Shown piece by piece: positions 52,993 to 62,810 of a DNA stretch of 64,000 nt. The DNA is from Elusimicrobiota bacterium. Its GTDB lineage: Bacteria; Elusimicrobiota; Elusimicrobia; UBA1565. The translations under genes and the position numbers were made by a program. The stretch covers positions 51,295 to 115,294 of the forward strand of contig JBDRPD010000105.1 in the NCBI GenBank assembly GCA_043827405.1, written 5' to 3'. Numbering within the stretch: position 1 is the stretch's first letter; every line of letters begins with the position of its first letter. The notes beneath the pieces are model-generated. The model was given only the letters and a program-made list of their open reading frames with translations, was not told where the DNA came from and searched no databases.

Positions 52993-53976
52993 TCAATGGA
53001 CCGGATTGTCTGTCAACTCTTCCTTAATTATTACTCGCTGAAAATCCTCGGGAGGAGGCGCTTCCAGCATCAGCAGCTTCGCGTTGCCGGGATGCCGGAT
53101 AGACAGCCGTCCGGCATGCAGCAGTTGTCGTTTCGCGCCGAGGATGCCGAAGTCTTCGGCGCCGAGCTCGCGTTCAGTCATCTTGAGAAAATATGCGCCG
53201 CCGCCGAAGTAGAGCTTGTCCCCCAGGACGGGGTGGCCGAGCCAGGCCAGATGGACGCGGATTTGATGCAGGCGTCCCGAGCGCGGTGCGGCCCGGACGA
53301 GCGAGTATCTGCCGCCCGCGGCGAGGCGGCGGAAATGCGTCGTTGCCGGCTGACCCCGGCCGCGGTCTACTGCCTGCCGTACGCGTATGCGCCCCCCCTC
53401 CGGTCCGATCGGCTCGTCTACCGTGCGCTCGCCGAAACCCACCACGCCGTGCACCACGGCGAGGTATTCCTTGCTCACCGTCCGCTCTTCGAACTGCCGC
53501 GCCAGGCGGAAGGCCGCGCCGGGGTTTTTGGCGAACAAGAGAATGCCGCTGGTCTCCCGGTCGAGACGATGCACCAGATGCAGCCGTTCGCCCGGGAACT
53601 GCGCCGCCAAAATTGTGGTCGCGGCGTTGCGCACGATCTTGCCGGCGGGATGGCTGAGTACGTCCCCGGGCTTGTTGACCGCCAGCAAGTGTTCGTCCTC
53701 GAACAGTACCGGCAGGCCGGCGTGCGGGGACGGTCCTTCACGGCGCGGCGGGTAACGGATGAAGACCGTATCGCGCACCCCCACTCTGGTCGAGGCTTTC
53801 GCTCGCCTGCCGCGCAGAAAGACGCGGCCCTCGCGGATGAATTTCTGCACCAGGCTGCGGGAGTGCGTCTGCAGGCGCTCGGCAAGAAAGGCGTCCAGCC
53901 GTCCCCCTGCCGTTTCCGGGCGCTCGCTGACGCGGAACGGGACTTCAATATATTCCTTCAACGGAGCGTTCTCCAC
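52993..53976 (-). CDS. RluA/RluD-family pseudouridine synthase with S4 domain
   Basis: RLDAFL, NKPGD, HRLDRETSG and GRLHQIRVH; probable GTG start at 53976. Confidence 0.9.
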   Translation of the reverse strand: MENAPLKEYIEVPFRVSERPETAGGRLDAFLAERLQTHSRSLVQKFIREGRVFLRGRRAKASTRVGVRDTVFIRYPPRREGPSPHAGLPVLFEDEHLLAVNKPGDVLSHPAGKIVRNAATTILAAQFPGERLHLVHRLDRETSGILLFAKNPGAAFRLARQFEERTVSKEYLAVVHGVVGFGERTVDEPIGPEGGRIRVRQAVDRGRGQPATTHFRRLAAGGRYSLVRAAPRSGRLHQIRVHLAWLGHPVLGDKLYFGGGAYFLKMTERELGAEDFGILGAKRQLLHAGRLSIRHPGNAKLLMLEAPPPEDFQRVIIKEELTDNPVH

Positions 53977-54695
53977 AGCGTTTCCCGTTCCGCTTGGGTG
54001 AGCGTCGAGCGCCGGAGGGGCGTCGCCGGACGGCCGCGCGGGTGCGCGGGCTTCTCGATGAGCACGCCGCGCCCATCCGGTGCCGGCGTCGAATCCGCTC
54101 CATCGCAAGCCGCGCATAAACCGATGACTTCAACCAGGGAGAAACCCTTGCGCTGCAGCGCCGAGAACAGCGTCGCGGCGCACGGTGCTTCCCCTGGCTG
54201 GACGCGGGCGATATACCCGGTCCCGATCGAGCCCGCGAGCGCGGCCAATTCGGCGTCATAGGAGGCGCCGCGCTGGCGGCAGCCGCCGTTGACGACCAGG
54301 CAGGTGATGTCGAGGTCTTCGCGTGCCGCGTCGACCAGGCGGCCGAGGGACTCCCCGGTCGTGTGCGGGACGATGGCGATGACGGTCAGCGCGCCGTTGG
54401 CGCGCAGGGCGCCGCTGGCAAAGGGCAGCACCGCTTCCGGAGCCGTACGCGCGCCATAGCTGGTGAAGAGGGCGGTGATGTCCGGTTTCCCGCCGAGTCC
54501 CGAAACCAGCAGCAGGTCCTTGGGCGGTGCGCCGAAGAGCGCTGCGGCCTCCCGCAGATCGGCGGCCAGGCGCGCGCGGACGCAGTTTCCCTCGATCAGG
54601 CAGGGACGGCGGGGCAGAAAATCGTCGGGCGTCAGCGGTTCGAGGTCCGGGGCCAAGGCCCGTACCGGAGGGCAAAAGCCGAGCGGTTCAGACAT
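53958..54695 (-). CDS. Degenerate 2-oxoacid:ferredoxin oxidoreductase beta-like protein
   Basis: VSGLG, YG, A.G...AN..LTVI, DITCLVVN and KGFSLVEVI..C are recognisable; CxGC and GDG are missing. Confidence 0.6.
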   Translation of the reverse strand: MSEPLGFCPPVRALAPDLEPLTPDDFLPRRPCLIEGNCVRARLAADLREAAALFGAPPKDLLLVSGLGGKPDITALFTSYGARTAPEAVLPFASGALRANGALTVIAIVPHTTGESLGRLVDAAREDLDITCLVVNGGCRQRGASYDAELAALAGSIGTGYIARVQPGEAPCAATLFSALQRKGFSLVEVIGLCAACDGADSTPAPDGRGVLIEKPAHPRGRPATPLRRSTLTQAERETLWRTLR

Positions 54696-56229
54696 CGAGG
54701 GCCTCCTGCAGCGCGCGCAAAGTCCGCTGAGCATCGTAGGGGCGGTCCACCTGAGCGGTCGCCGCCGCTTCGATGCCCGCCGCCGTGCGCAGCCAGCGGC
54801 TCAGCGGTCGTCCAGCGGTCGATTCCACGACGACGATGCGTGCGGCTTTGCGCCAGGCCGCGTATTGCGCGAGGTCCTGCAGCGGCGCCGGTACGCGGAC
54901 CGGCACCGCATGGATTCTCGGCCCCCCCGTGCCGTGCAGCGTCTCGGCCGCCCAGCGGACGGCGGGGTAGGCGCCGCCCCAAGTCAGGATCAGCGTTTCA
55001 CCTGTCCCCGGCGGCGCGACGGGGACGCGGAGGAGTTCCGCCCGCAGCGTATTGTATTTGCGCTCAAGCTTCTTGGTGCGGACGCGCGCCGACAGGGTGA
55101 ACAGCAGTCGCTCCTGGCCGGGAACCGCGCGCGCCGACACGCCGGATTCTGTCACGGCGTAGCGATCAAAAGAGCCGGAATTCGCAACGCCCCAGGCGCC
55201 CCGGTCCGCGCTTTTGGCTTCGATGGGCCGCTGCCGTGTTTCCCAGCGTTCGTTGAGCAGCCGGTCGACGAGTACGGTCACCGGGCATTGGCAGCGCTCG
55301 GCCGTCGCGAAGGCCTCGCTCATGCCATGATAAAGTTCCTCCACCGATGTGGGCGCGAGCACCGCGTACGGCGCCGTCTTGTCGTCGTGCGACAAGGCGT
55401 GGACCAGGGCGGTCTCGCCGGCGTCGATGACGCAGACGACGAGCGGTATCTCCGCGCGCGCGGCCCAGCGCAGGGTCGCTTCCGCGCGGCGCAGCCCCGG
55501 CTCGTCAATGAGCGCCAGCGCGCGCGCGCCGGCGAAGCCCGCGCCCGCCGCGCGCAGGACGGCGGTATCTCCGTCGTCGACGCGATCCAGCGATAGGCCG
55601 AGGTCGGATCTCGCCAGCCGCTCGAGAGCTGGAGACGGCCGCGTCGCGACGACGCAGCGGCAGCCCGCCGCTACGGCGCCCGCCGCCGCGGCCGAGCCGC
55701 CGTTGAGTACGTAAAGCTCGCCGCCGTGGAATTGCGCGGCGGGTGCGGCTCCGGTCGCCGCCCCGCTCGCTGCGCTTGGGGACGGCGTCCTCGCCGACGC
55801 TGCGCTTACGGCTCCGGTCGCCGGAAAATTTGCTGCGGCGTAGGCATGTCCCGCCGCGCCGGTTTCGTCTGCGGCCCAGCAGGCTGCGGCGTCCAGCGCG
55901 AACATCCCGGCGGCGGCGCCGGCCAGAAGCGTCGGCGTGTCCTCGATTTTTCCGGTTAGGCGTTCGTAGGGCAGAGGATGTGTGCGTCCTCCGGAACTCA
56001 GCGTGCTGCTGTCAATATCGGCGCTCACAACGGGAGCCGGCAGCATGGTGCCCGGTTCCGGGGCCGCCGCGATGAGGAACCTGGATACGCCGTCTTCGTC
56101 CCGGCGGCGGGAGCGGCCCCAGGCGCGCAGGCCGCAGCGGCCGAACGCTTTCATCAGCGTTTCGCCGGCGCGGCGCACCCGGTCCCCGCCGGTGCCGGAA
56201 AATAGTACGCTCAGCGGGCGTTCTTCCAA
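54688..56229 (-). CDS. Degenerate 2-oxoacid:ferredoxin oxidoreductase (gamma-)alpha-like protein
   Basis: G.GG....AG, LNG..A.A.GAVAAGCR, GAGFAGARA, AF..AE..QCPV and LTWGG; YP.TP is missing; TTG start after GGAGG. Confidence 0.6.
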   Translation of the reverse strand: MEERPLSVLFSGTGGDRVRRAGETLMKAFGRCGLRAWGRSRRRDEDGVSRFLIAAAPEPGTMLPAPVVSADIDSSTLSSGGRTHPLPYERLTGKIEDTPTLLAGAAAGMFALDAAACWAADETGAAGHAYAAANFPATGAVSAASARTPSPSAASGAATGAAPAAQFHGGELYVLNGGSAAAAGAVAAGCRCVVATRPSPALERLARSDLGLSLDRVDDGDTAVLRAAGAGFAGARALALIDEPGLRRAEATLRWAARAEIPLVVCVIDAGETALVHALSHDDKTAPYAVLAPTSVEELYHGMSEAFATAERCQCPVTVLVDRLLNERWETRQRPIEAKSADRGAWGVANSGSFDRYAVTESGVSARAVPGQERLLFTLSARVRTKKLERKYNTLRAELLRVPVAPPGTGETLILTWGGAYPAVRWAAETLHGTGGPRIHAVPVRVPAPLQDLAQYAAWRKAARIVVVESTAGRPLSRWLRTAAGIEAAATAQVDRPYDAQRTLRALQEALDV

Positions 56230-56657
56230 GATGTCTGCCTCCGCCGCGGATGGCGGACCGTGATCGTTGACCTCATGCCGCCGCGCGCGGTAAAGGCGCC
56301 CGTCACCACCGCCCACTTCGGCTTGGTCGCCGCGGCGACATCGTCGAGGATGCGGTTGACCGCGTTCTCGTAGAACACCCCCATGCTGCGGTATGCGAGG
56401 ATGTAGTTCTTGAGCGATTTCAGCTCGAGACAACGCTTGTCGGGCAGATACTCGACGGTGATCGTGCCGAAGTCCGGCAGGCCGGTCTTCGGACAGATCG
56501 AGGTGAATTCCGGGATATCGATGCGGATGACGTAATGCCGGTACTGATTCTGCCAGGTGTCGATCGCCGGAAGAGGCGAGCGCGTTCCGGAGCGCGCCTG
56601 CGTCGAGGTGTAGCCGAGGGGTGTCGCTTCAGTCGTCGGGCGTTTTTTTCGTTTCAT
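56211..56657 (-). CDS. queF: PreQ0 reductase (type I QueF)
   Basis: PEFTSICPKTGLPDFG, ELKSLK.Y and F.ARGG. Confidence 0.93.
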   Translation of the reverse strand: MKRKKRPTTEATPLGYTSTQARSGTRSPLPAIDTWQNQYRHYVIRIDIPEFTSICPKTGLPDFGTITVEYLPDKRCLELKSLKNYILAYRSMGVFYENAVNRILDDVAAATKPKWAVVTGAFTARGGMRSTITVRHPRRRQTSWKNAR

Positions 56658-58671
56658 CTTCTTTTCTTTTAAACCTCAGGATCGAATGGATCAGGATGGC
56701 CAGGATGCTGACCGCCGCGGCAGCGCCTGGGGCGGCGGGCGGCAAGCGTACGGCGAAAGGGGCGTACAGGGCTCCGGCGGCGGCCGAGATGAGTACGAGC
56801 TGGATGCCGAAGGCCCATTTCAGGTTCTCGCGCACGACCTCTCGGATCTTCAGGCAGAGCCGGAGCGCGGACAGCAGGTGGTCGAGGTCCCGCTGGAGCA
56901 GTATGACGTCGGCTGATTCCGCGGCCAAATCGATGCTCGCGCCGAGGTCCGGCCGGCGCATCCCGGCGCGCTCGGCACCGAGAGAGATTCCCAGGTCCGC
57001 CCGGCTGAGAGCGGCGGCGTCGCGCATCCTGTCCCCGAGCATGACCACCTTTTTTCCTTGGGATTGCAGATCCTCGACGATTTGTACCTTGTCCTCCCCC
57101 TGCACTTCTGAGAAGACGCGCCGGATGCCCACCTGTTGGGCGGTGTCGTGCGCGGCGGGATTACGGTCGCCGGACGCGAGAACCACCTCGATGCCCATCG
57201 CCGCGAGCGTCCGCACCGCATCGCGGGCGCCGGGGCGGAGCTCGTCCGTGAAGCTGATGATTCCGGCCGCCTCTCCCTCGACCGCCAGCGCCATGAGCGA
57301 GTCCGTCTTTTCCCGCAGCAGGCGCTGGCCGGAAGCGGGGAGCTCGATGCCCTGCTCCGCCAGCCACTCGGGACTGCCGGCGAGAATACGGTCGCCCGCG
57401 TACGACACCGCGACGCCGCGTCCCGGATAGGTCTCATGCGAGTCGGCATCCGGAAGTTCCCGTCCGTTCAGGCTTCTGAGCAGGGCGCCGGAGAATGGAT
57501 GACCGGTTCCCTTTTCGACGATGGTGGCGCGCCGCAGCAGCTCCTCTTTATTCCAGCGGCCGAAGCAGACCACGTCGCGCACGGACGGGCGGCCTTCGGT
57601 CAGGATGCCCTTTTTATCGAGTATGAGGATGTCCGCACGGTCCAGCTTTTCCAGGACTCCGGGATTGCGGATGCGGATGCGCATCCGGCCCGCACGACGG
57701 AGGCCGAGCGCGAGGGCCGCGGGTGAGGCGATCGTGACGGCCCAGGGGCAGGCGGCAAAAAGAACCATCGACAGTACGGTCAAGGCGTTGGTCAGGCGCG
57801 GCTCGGGACCCTGCCATGACCAAATAAGGGTGGCCGCGACCGCCGCGATTACGACCGCCGGGACATAGCCGCCGGCTAGGCCGTCCGCGATGCCCGCGCG
57901 CACGGACTTCAGGGCAAAGCCTTCGCGGATCGAGGTGATCATCTGAGCCAGTTCTGAGTTCGTGCTGGACCGCTCTACCGCCACCACGATATCGCTGTCC
58001 TTGTTCTGCGTGCCGCACAAGACATGGCTGCCTGCGGTTTTCTCGATGAGGGCCGTGCTTCTGGTCCACAGCGACTCGTCAACATGCGATGCTCCGGTTA
58101 AAACTTTTCCGTCTACCGGAATCTGCTCGCCGGGCCGCACCAGCACCCGGTCGCCCTCGCCCAGGGACGCGGATAGTACATTTTCGACCGGTCCATCCGG
58201 TCCGTCCCCACGCAGCCGCCGCGCCGTGTGGGGGATCCTTCGGTTGAGCTTGCCGAGCGCTTCGCCGCTGCGCTCCGTTAGCCGGATTTCCAGCCAGCGG
58301 CCGAAAGTGGCGGCGACAATCAGGCAGCCCATGGCGCCGAGCATGTGGTCTTGGGCGCCGGGGAGGAGGTGACGCGGCGCGAAGACGGCGAGCGTGCTGT
58401 AGAGGAACGCCGCCCAGGTGCTGAGTGAGATCAGCATATTGGTATTGGCGCGCTGCGTTACGAAGCATCTCAGGAGCCCGGCATGGAACGGTCCGCCGCA
58501 CCAGACAAATACGGGCAGCGAGAGCCCCCAAACCGTATAGGGCGAGAGGTTGATGCTGCGGTCGAGCAGGATCCCGGCGGTCAGGCCGCAGCCGACGAGC
58601 AGACGGAGCGTGGAGACTTCTCTCAATGCGCCCGCCGCCAGGCCTGTTCGAGGTCGGAGAAGCTCCGCCAC
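56629..58671 (-). CDS. Degenerate heavy-metal P1B-type ATPase; start may be TTG 58626
   Basis: CopA-like layout (RPGEQIPVDG, HP, GRGV) but with CPW, DKKGILT and GDRMRD. Confidence 0.75.
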   Translation of the reverse strand: MAELLRPRTGLAAGALREVSTLRLLVGCGLTAGILLDRSINLSPYTVWGLSLPVFVWCGGPFHAGLLRCFVTQRANTNMLISLSTWAAFLYSTLAVFAPRHLLPGAQDHMLGAMGCLIVAATFGRWLEIRLTERSGEALGKLNRRIPHTARRLRGDGPDGPVENVLSASLGEGDRVLVRPGEQIPVDGKVLTGASHVDESLWTRSTALIEKTAGSHVLCGTQNKDSDIVVAVERSSTNSELAQMITSIREGFALKSVRAGIADGLAGGYVPAVVIAAVAATLIWSWQGPEPRLTNALTVLSMVLFAACPWAVTIASPAALALGLRRAGRMRIRIRNPGVLEKLDRADILILDKKGILTEGRPSVRDVVCFGRWNKEELLRRATIVEKGTGHPFSGALLRSLNGRELPDADSHETYPGRGVAVSYAGDRILAGSPEWLAEQGIELPASGQRLLREKTDSLMALAVEGEAAGIISFTDELRPGARDAVRTLAAMGIEVVLASGDRNPAAHDTAQQVGIRRVFSEVQGEDKVQIVEDLQSQGKKVVMLGDRMRDAAALSRADLGISLGAERAGMRRPDLGASIDLAAESADVILLQRDLDHLLSALRLCLKIREVVRENLKWAFGIQLVLISAAAGALYAPFAVRLPPAAPGAAAAVSILAILIHSILRFKRKEDETKKTPDD

Positions 58672-59435
58672 TGCGCGGGGTAGCCGATGCTGATCGCTTC
58701 GTCGAGGTTCTTGCCGTCGCGCAGGGCGCGCAGAAACAGATGAAAGCCCGGCCCGCGGCTGCGTTCGATCATGAAGCGGGCCACGCTGCCGACCTGGTGG
58801 TACCAGGCGTTGACATCGCGGTCCTGCTCCGAGAGCGGCGTCATGGTAACCATCGCGGAGAAGGCGATCGGGGCGGAGTCCCGCTGCGACGATGCCCGCA
58901 GCGGCACCGCCTGCTGTTCCTCATAAACGGCCAGCCCTTCGTTGAGCCATTTGTGCGTGTGCGTATACAGGCCCATGTACTCGGCGAAGATTAGATGCGT
59001 GACCTCATGCGGCAGCGTCCACTGCAGATGCTCGCCCGCGAAAGAATAAAGCGACGTGCCGTCGGCGGCGCCGGCCGACCAGTGGGGCAGGCCGGTCTTG
59101 CGCAGAAACTCTTCATGCGTGCCGTAGATCACCACGCGGTACGGCTCCTGCGGACGGAAGGTGTCGAGGCCGGAATCCGTCATAATCTGGGAGTACAAGC
59201 GCTCACACTGCTCGGAGACCGCGCGTGTCGTCTCGAAGTCGTAGGCATGGATATGAAAGTGCAGGCTCGCGAGATCCTTGGCGCCCGGATCCAGCAGCTG
59301 TACTTGGCGGTAGCGCCTGCCGGAAGAGACCGCGTCCGCGCCGTCCTCCAGCGGCACCGCCACGCAGCCGTACGCTCCCATGGCGATGAGCAGGCAGATC
59401 AGCGGGGCCGGCCGGAGCGGATCACTATTCTTCAT
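58623..59435 (-). CDS. Peptidase MA-like (gluzincin) lipoprotein
   Basis: HEVTH...WLNEGLA; AYGC lipobox. Confidence 0.7.
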   Translation of the reverse strand: MKNSDPLRPAPLICLLIAMGAYGCVAVPLEDGADAVSSGRRYRQVQLLDPGAKDLASLHFHIHAYDFETTRAVSEQCERLYSQIMTDSGLDTFRPQEPYRVVIYGTHEEFLRKTGLPHWSAGAADGTSLYSFAGEHLQWTLPHEVTHLIFAEYMGLYTHTHKWLNEGLAVYEEQQAVPLRASSQRDSAPIAFSAMVTMTPLSEQDRDVNAWYHQVGSVARFMIERSRGPGFHLFLRALRDGKNLDEAISIGYPAQWRSFSDLEQAWRRAH

Positions 59436-59473
59436 AATTACGGTAAATTCTAACAAACTTGATAAAATCCGGT

Positions 59474-60868
59474 ATGCCGGAATCGTTTCGCTTGCAGATC
59501 GAACGCATGACCCCGGAGGGGCTTGGCCTGGGCCGGTTCGACCGGAAGGTCGTTTTTGTGCCCCACTGCGCGCCGGGTGATGAGCTGGAGGTCGCGGTGG
59601 AGAAGGCGCGCTCCGACTATGCGATTGCCCGCATCGTGCGCGTCGTGCGGCCGGGCGTCGGCCGCATTGAGCCCCGCTGCGGGCATCATTTTTCCCCGTC
59701 GCGTACCCCCCCCCACTGCGGCGGCTGCGCCTGGCAGCATATGACGATGGAGGCCCAGCGCAGCGCCAAGCGCGAGATCGTGCGCGATTGCCTGTTCCGT
59801 ATCGCCAAGCTGCGTGAGCCGCGGGTCGAGGAGACGGCGGCGTCGCCTGCGGACTGGCGCTACCGCAACAAGGTGCTGATACCGTTCGCCGCGGACGGGA
59901 AGGGCCGGGTGACGGCGGGCTTCTACGCTCACGGCTCGCACGATATCGTTCCGTTCGCGGACTGCGTGGTGCAGCCGGAGCTCTCCGTGCGCCTGACGCA
60001 TGCGGTGCGCGACTTCGCCGCGAGCTGCCGCTGGAAGGTCTACGACCGGCGGCGCGGCGGCGGCTGGCTGCGCCACCTATATGTGCGCATCGCTTATGAC
60101 GGGCGCGCCCTGCTCACGGTGGTGACGAACAGCGCCGTCATGCCGGACCGCGGGCGGTTCCTCAATATGGTGCGCAGCGGCTTTCCCGAGGTGACCGGGG
60201 TGTTTCAGAACGTGCAGCCCCGCCGGACGACGGTGGTGCTCGGTCCGAAATGGATCAAGCTATGGGGCGCGGATGATATCGAGGAGCGTCTGGGGACGCT
60301 CACTCTCGGCGTTTCCCCCCCGTCCTTCCTGCAGGTGAACACGCCGGCCTGCGAGGTCTTGTACGGCATCGTCGATGAGTTCCTGACGCATGGCGGCTTC
60401 CGTCCGGAGCTGCTGCTCGACCTTTATAGCGGGATCGGCTCGATCGCGCTGTGGCTGGCGCCGCGCGCCGGACAGATCATCGGCGTCGAGACCAACCGCT
60501 ATGCGGTGCGGGACGCGGGGGTTAATGCCCGCCGCAACGGCATACGCAATGTTCGCTTCAGCTGCGGCGAAATCGAGAGCCAGCTGCGATTTCTTGCCAA
60601 GAACCTGCGGGGAGCATCGCCCGGCCGCGCGGCGGCCGTTCTCGATCCGCCGCGGGCCGGCTGCTCCAAGTCCGTGCTGAAGGTTCTGTGCTCGTCGGAG
60701 CTCGGCCGGCTGGTCTATGTTTCCTGCAACCCGGCCACTTTCGCGCGCGACGCGGACTGGCTCAGCCGGCATGGCTGGCGGCTGACCAGAGTCCGGCCGG
60801 TAGATTTATTCCCGCAGACCTCGCATGTGGAGACGGCCGGGCTGTTCGAGCGCGTAAGGCGCGCATAG
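59474..60868 (+). CDS. rlmD: 23S rRNA (uracil-C5)-methyltransferase RlmD
   Basis: TRAM domain, CGGC.WQH, YRNK, SFLQVN, DPPRAG, YVSCNP and DLFPQTSHVE. Confidence 0.92.
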   Translation: MPESFRLQIERMTPEGLGLGRFDRKVVFVPHCAPGDELEVAVEKARSDYAIARIVRVVRPGVGRIEPRCGHHFSPSRTPPHCGGCAWQHMTMEAQRSAKREIVRDCLFRIAKLREPRVEETAASPADWRYRNKVLIPFAADGKGRVTAGFYAHGSHDIVPFADCVVQPELSVRLTHAVRDFAASCRWKVYDRRRGGGWLRHLYVRIAYDGRALLTVVTNSAVMPDRGRFLNMVRSGFPEVTGVFQNVQPRRTTVVLGPKWIKLWGADDIEERLGTLTLGVSPPSFLQVNTPACEVLYGIVDEFLTHGGFRPELLLDLYSGIGSIALWLAPRAGQIIGVETNRYAVRDAGVNARRNGIRNVRFSCGEIESQLRFLAKNLRGASPGRAAAVLDPPRAGCSKSVLKVLCSSELGRLVYVSCNPATFARDADWLSRHGWRLTRVRPVDLFPQTSHVETAGLFERVRRA

Positions 60869-60904
60869 GCCTTTAGGCCTAGACCCGTATGAGTCCTTTT
60901 TACC

Positions 60905-60932
60905 TTGATTTTAGGACCAAAGTACTTATAAT
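60905..60932 (+). promoter_or_regulatory. sigma70-like promoter
   Basis: TTGATT-16 bp-TATAAT. Confidence 0.55.
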
Positions 60933-60956
60933 TAGGGAAGGCGTTAAGGGGAATTT

Positions 60957-62351
60957 ATGAAAACATTTCTTAGGCTTTTATTGGTTGTCCTGCTTCCCAT
61001 GGCTTCGCTGCCGATTCCCGCGCTCGGAGCGAAGACGCCTGGGGATGCCCAGGAAACGCAGGATGCCGCCACCTCGCAGGAGAAGTCCATTGCCGGCGCT
61101 CTCGAAGTCGCGGGGTACAAGTTCAAGGCCCCTGTGACGGAGCTCGCCAAATGGCGGGCCGAGTTTAAATCAGCGATCGCCGATGAAGTGAAGAAAAAGG
61201 AAAAGGGCATTAAGGAAGGTTCGCCGCTGTCCCTGCAGATGTCCAAATTCGCTCTCCAGTATATGGCGGCGCGCCTGGCGGCGGAGAAGAAGCCGGAGCT
61301 GTTCAATTACATCAGCGGGGTCGTCGTCAAAACGGAGAATAAAGAAAGCGTCCGCCTGGCCGAGAGAGTACGCCTGATCGTCTGGGGCGATATCGAGGCC
61401 TATGCGCCGGGCAAGAAGGCCGAAGAAAAGCTGCTGAAGTTCATCGTTGAGGCCGAGAAGGTCAAGCCGGATGACCAGGAAGCCCTCGCCAAGCTCGCCA
61501 AAGCGGCCGAAGGCGTCATCGGCGTCGCCGCCGGCGATACCGACGGCGAGGGCGCGAAAGCCGAGCCTTGCCGCGCTGAAGTCGCCAAGGTATTTACGGA
61601 AAGCAGGATCGAATGCGCGGTAGTCGACGCCCTGACCGGCGGCAAGGATGCGCCGTTTAAGCTGGAGGACCTGATCAAGGATCCGGCGGATACCAAGGTC
61701 AAGGTCAAGGAGTGGCTGCGGGAGTATTTCCTCGATTCCGATGTCAAGAAGCCCAACTCCAAGCGCTTGAGCGGTGTATTCAAGAAGGCCGGCCTCAAGG
61801 ACAAGGACCTCAAGAAATTCTGGTGTTCGGCGAAGTATCCCGACGGCACCATGGGGGCTGCGGCCGGGGAAAAGAGCGCCAGTCAAGGCGCCATGAAGCA
61901 GGTAAAGGACGCGAAAGAGACGAGCGTCGCGGGGGCGAAGGCCAATAGCGGCGACGCCTCAAAGGATCAGGCCGGCGCGGTCGCCGACGGCAGCGGCACG
62001 ACGGCGTCCGCCGCCACCGACGACCCCATGTGGGCCGTCTGCCGCAACTGGGAGAACGAGAACAAGAACCCCACCGGGAATTTCGACGGCGACAGCAGCT
62101 ATTCGCAGATCCCCGGCGGCGTCGGCAACCCCGTCCCCGAACCCGCTCTCGGCTCGGGGATGGAGGCGGCCTCGGAAAAGAAGAAGGACGAGGTGCCGAA
62201 GCATAAGCTCGCCATCGCCGCGGGCATGGGCGCCATCGGCTTCGGCTTAATCGGCTTTCTGTTCGGCGGCCCGGTAGGGATGATGATCGGCGCGGCGATC
62301 GGCGCGGCCGCCACGGCGGGTCTGGCCTACCTCAACAACAAGTACGGATAG
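60957..62351 (+). CDS. Secreted hypothetical protein with C-terminal glycine-zipper membrane anchor
   Basis: Signal peptide; GMGAIGFGLIGFLFGGPVGMMIGAAIGAAATAG. Confidence 0.7.
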   Translation: MKTFLRLLLVVLLPMASLPIPALGAKTPGDAQETQDAATSQEKSIAGALEVAGYKFKAPVTELAKWRAEFKSAIADEVKKKEKGIKEGSPLSLQMSKFALQYMAARLAAEKKPELFNYISGVVVKTENKESVRLAERVRLIVWGDIEAYAPGKKAEEKLLKFIVEAEKVKPDDQEALAKLAKAAEGVIGVAAGDTDGEGAKAEPCRAEVAKVFTESRIECAVVDALTGGKDAPFKLEDLIKDPADTKVKVKEWLREYFLDSDVKKPNSKRLSGVFKKAGLKDKDLKKFWCSAKYPDGTMGAAAGEKSASQGAMKQVKDAKETSVAGAKANSGDASKDQAGAVADGSGTTASAATDDPMWAVCRNWENENKNPTGNFDGDSSYSQIPGGVGNPVPEPALGSGMEAASEKKKDEVPKHKLAIAAGMGAIGFGLIGFLFGGPVGMMIGAAIGAAATAGLAYLNNKYG

Positions 62352-62354
62352 GGG

Positions 62355-62810
62355 CTAGTTCGCGGCCGTTTTCCGTTCCGCGGCGTCGGCCAGGTGCAGG
62401 CCCCAGGCCAGGCAGCAGGCTCCCACCGTGATGCAGGAGTCCGCCACGTTGAACACCGGCCAGACCAGGAAGTCGAAGAAGTCCACCACATAGCCGAAGA
62501 CGACCCGGTCGTAGAGGTTGCCCAGCGCGCCCGCGGCCACCAGGACCGTGCCGCCGCGCGTCCAGCGGTTGGCGCCGAACCAGGTCTTGCGCATCCACAG
62601 CAGCGCGCCCAGCAGGATGGCGGAGATGACGATCAGGAGCATGTTGCGGCCCCGCAGCATGCCCCAGGCGGCGCCGGTGTTCTCGACGTAGGTGAGATGG
62701 AAGAAGGGAAGCACGGCGATCTCGCGCACCGGCTCCAGCGAGGCTTTGGCCCATAGCTTGGTCGCGCGATCGGCGACCAGCAGCGCCACGATCACCCCCG
62801 CCTGGATCAG
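62355..62810 (-). CDS. lspA: Lipoprotein signal peptidase II; start uncertain
   Basis: DRATK, NTGAAWG, GALGNLYDR, VVDF and FNVADS; follows ileS. Confidence 0.93.
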   Translation of the reverse strand: MIQAGVIVALLVADRATKLWAKASLEPVREIAVLPFFHLTYVENTGAAWGMLRGRNMLLIVISAILLGALLWMRKTWFGANRWTRGGTVLVAAGALGNLYDRVVFGYVVDFFDFLVWPVFNVADSCITVGACCLAWGLHLADAAERKTAAN

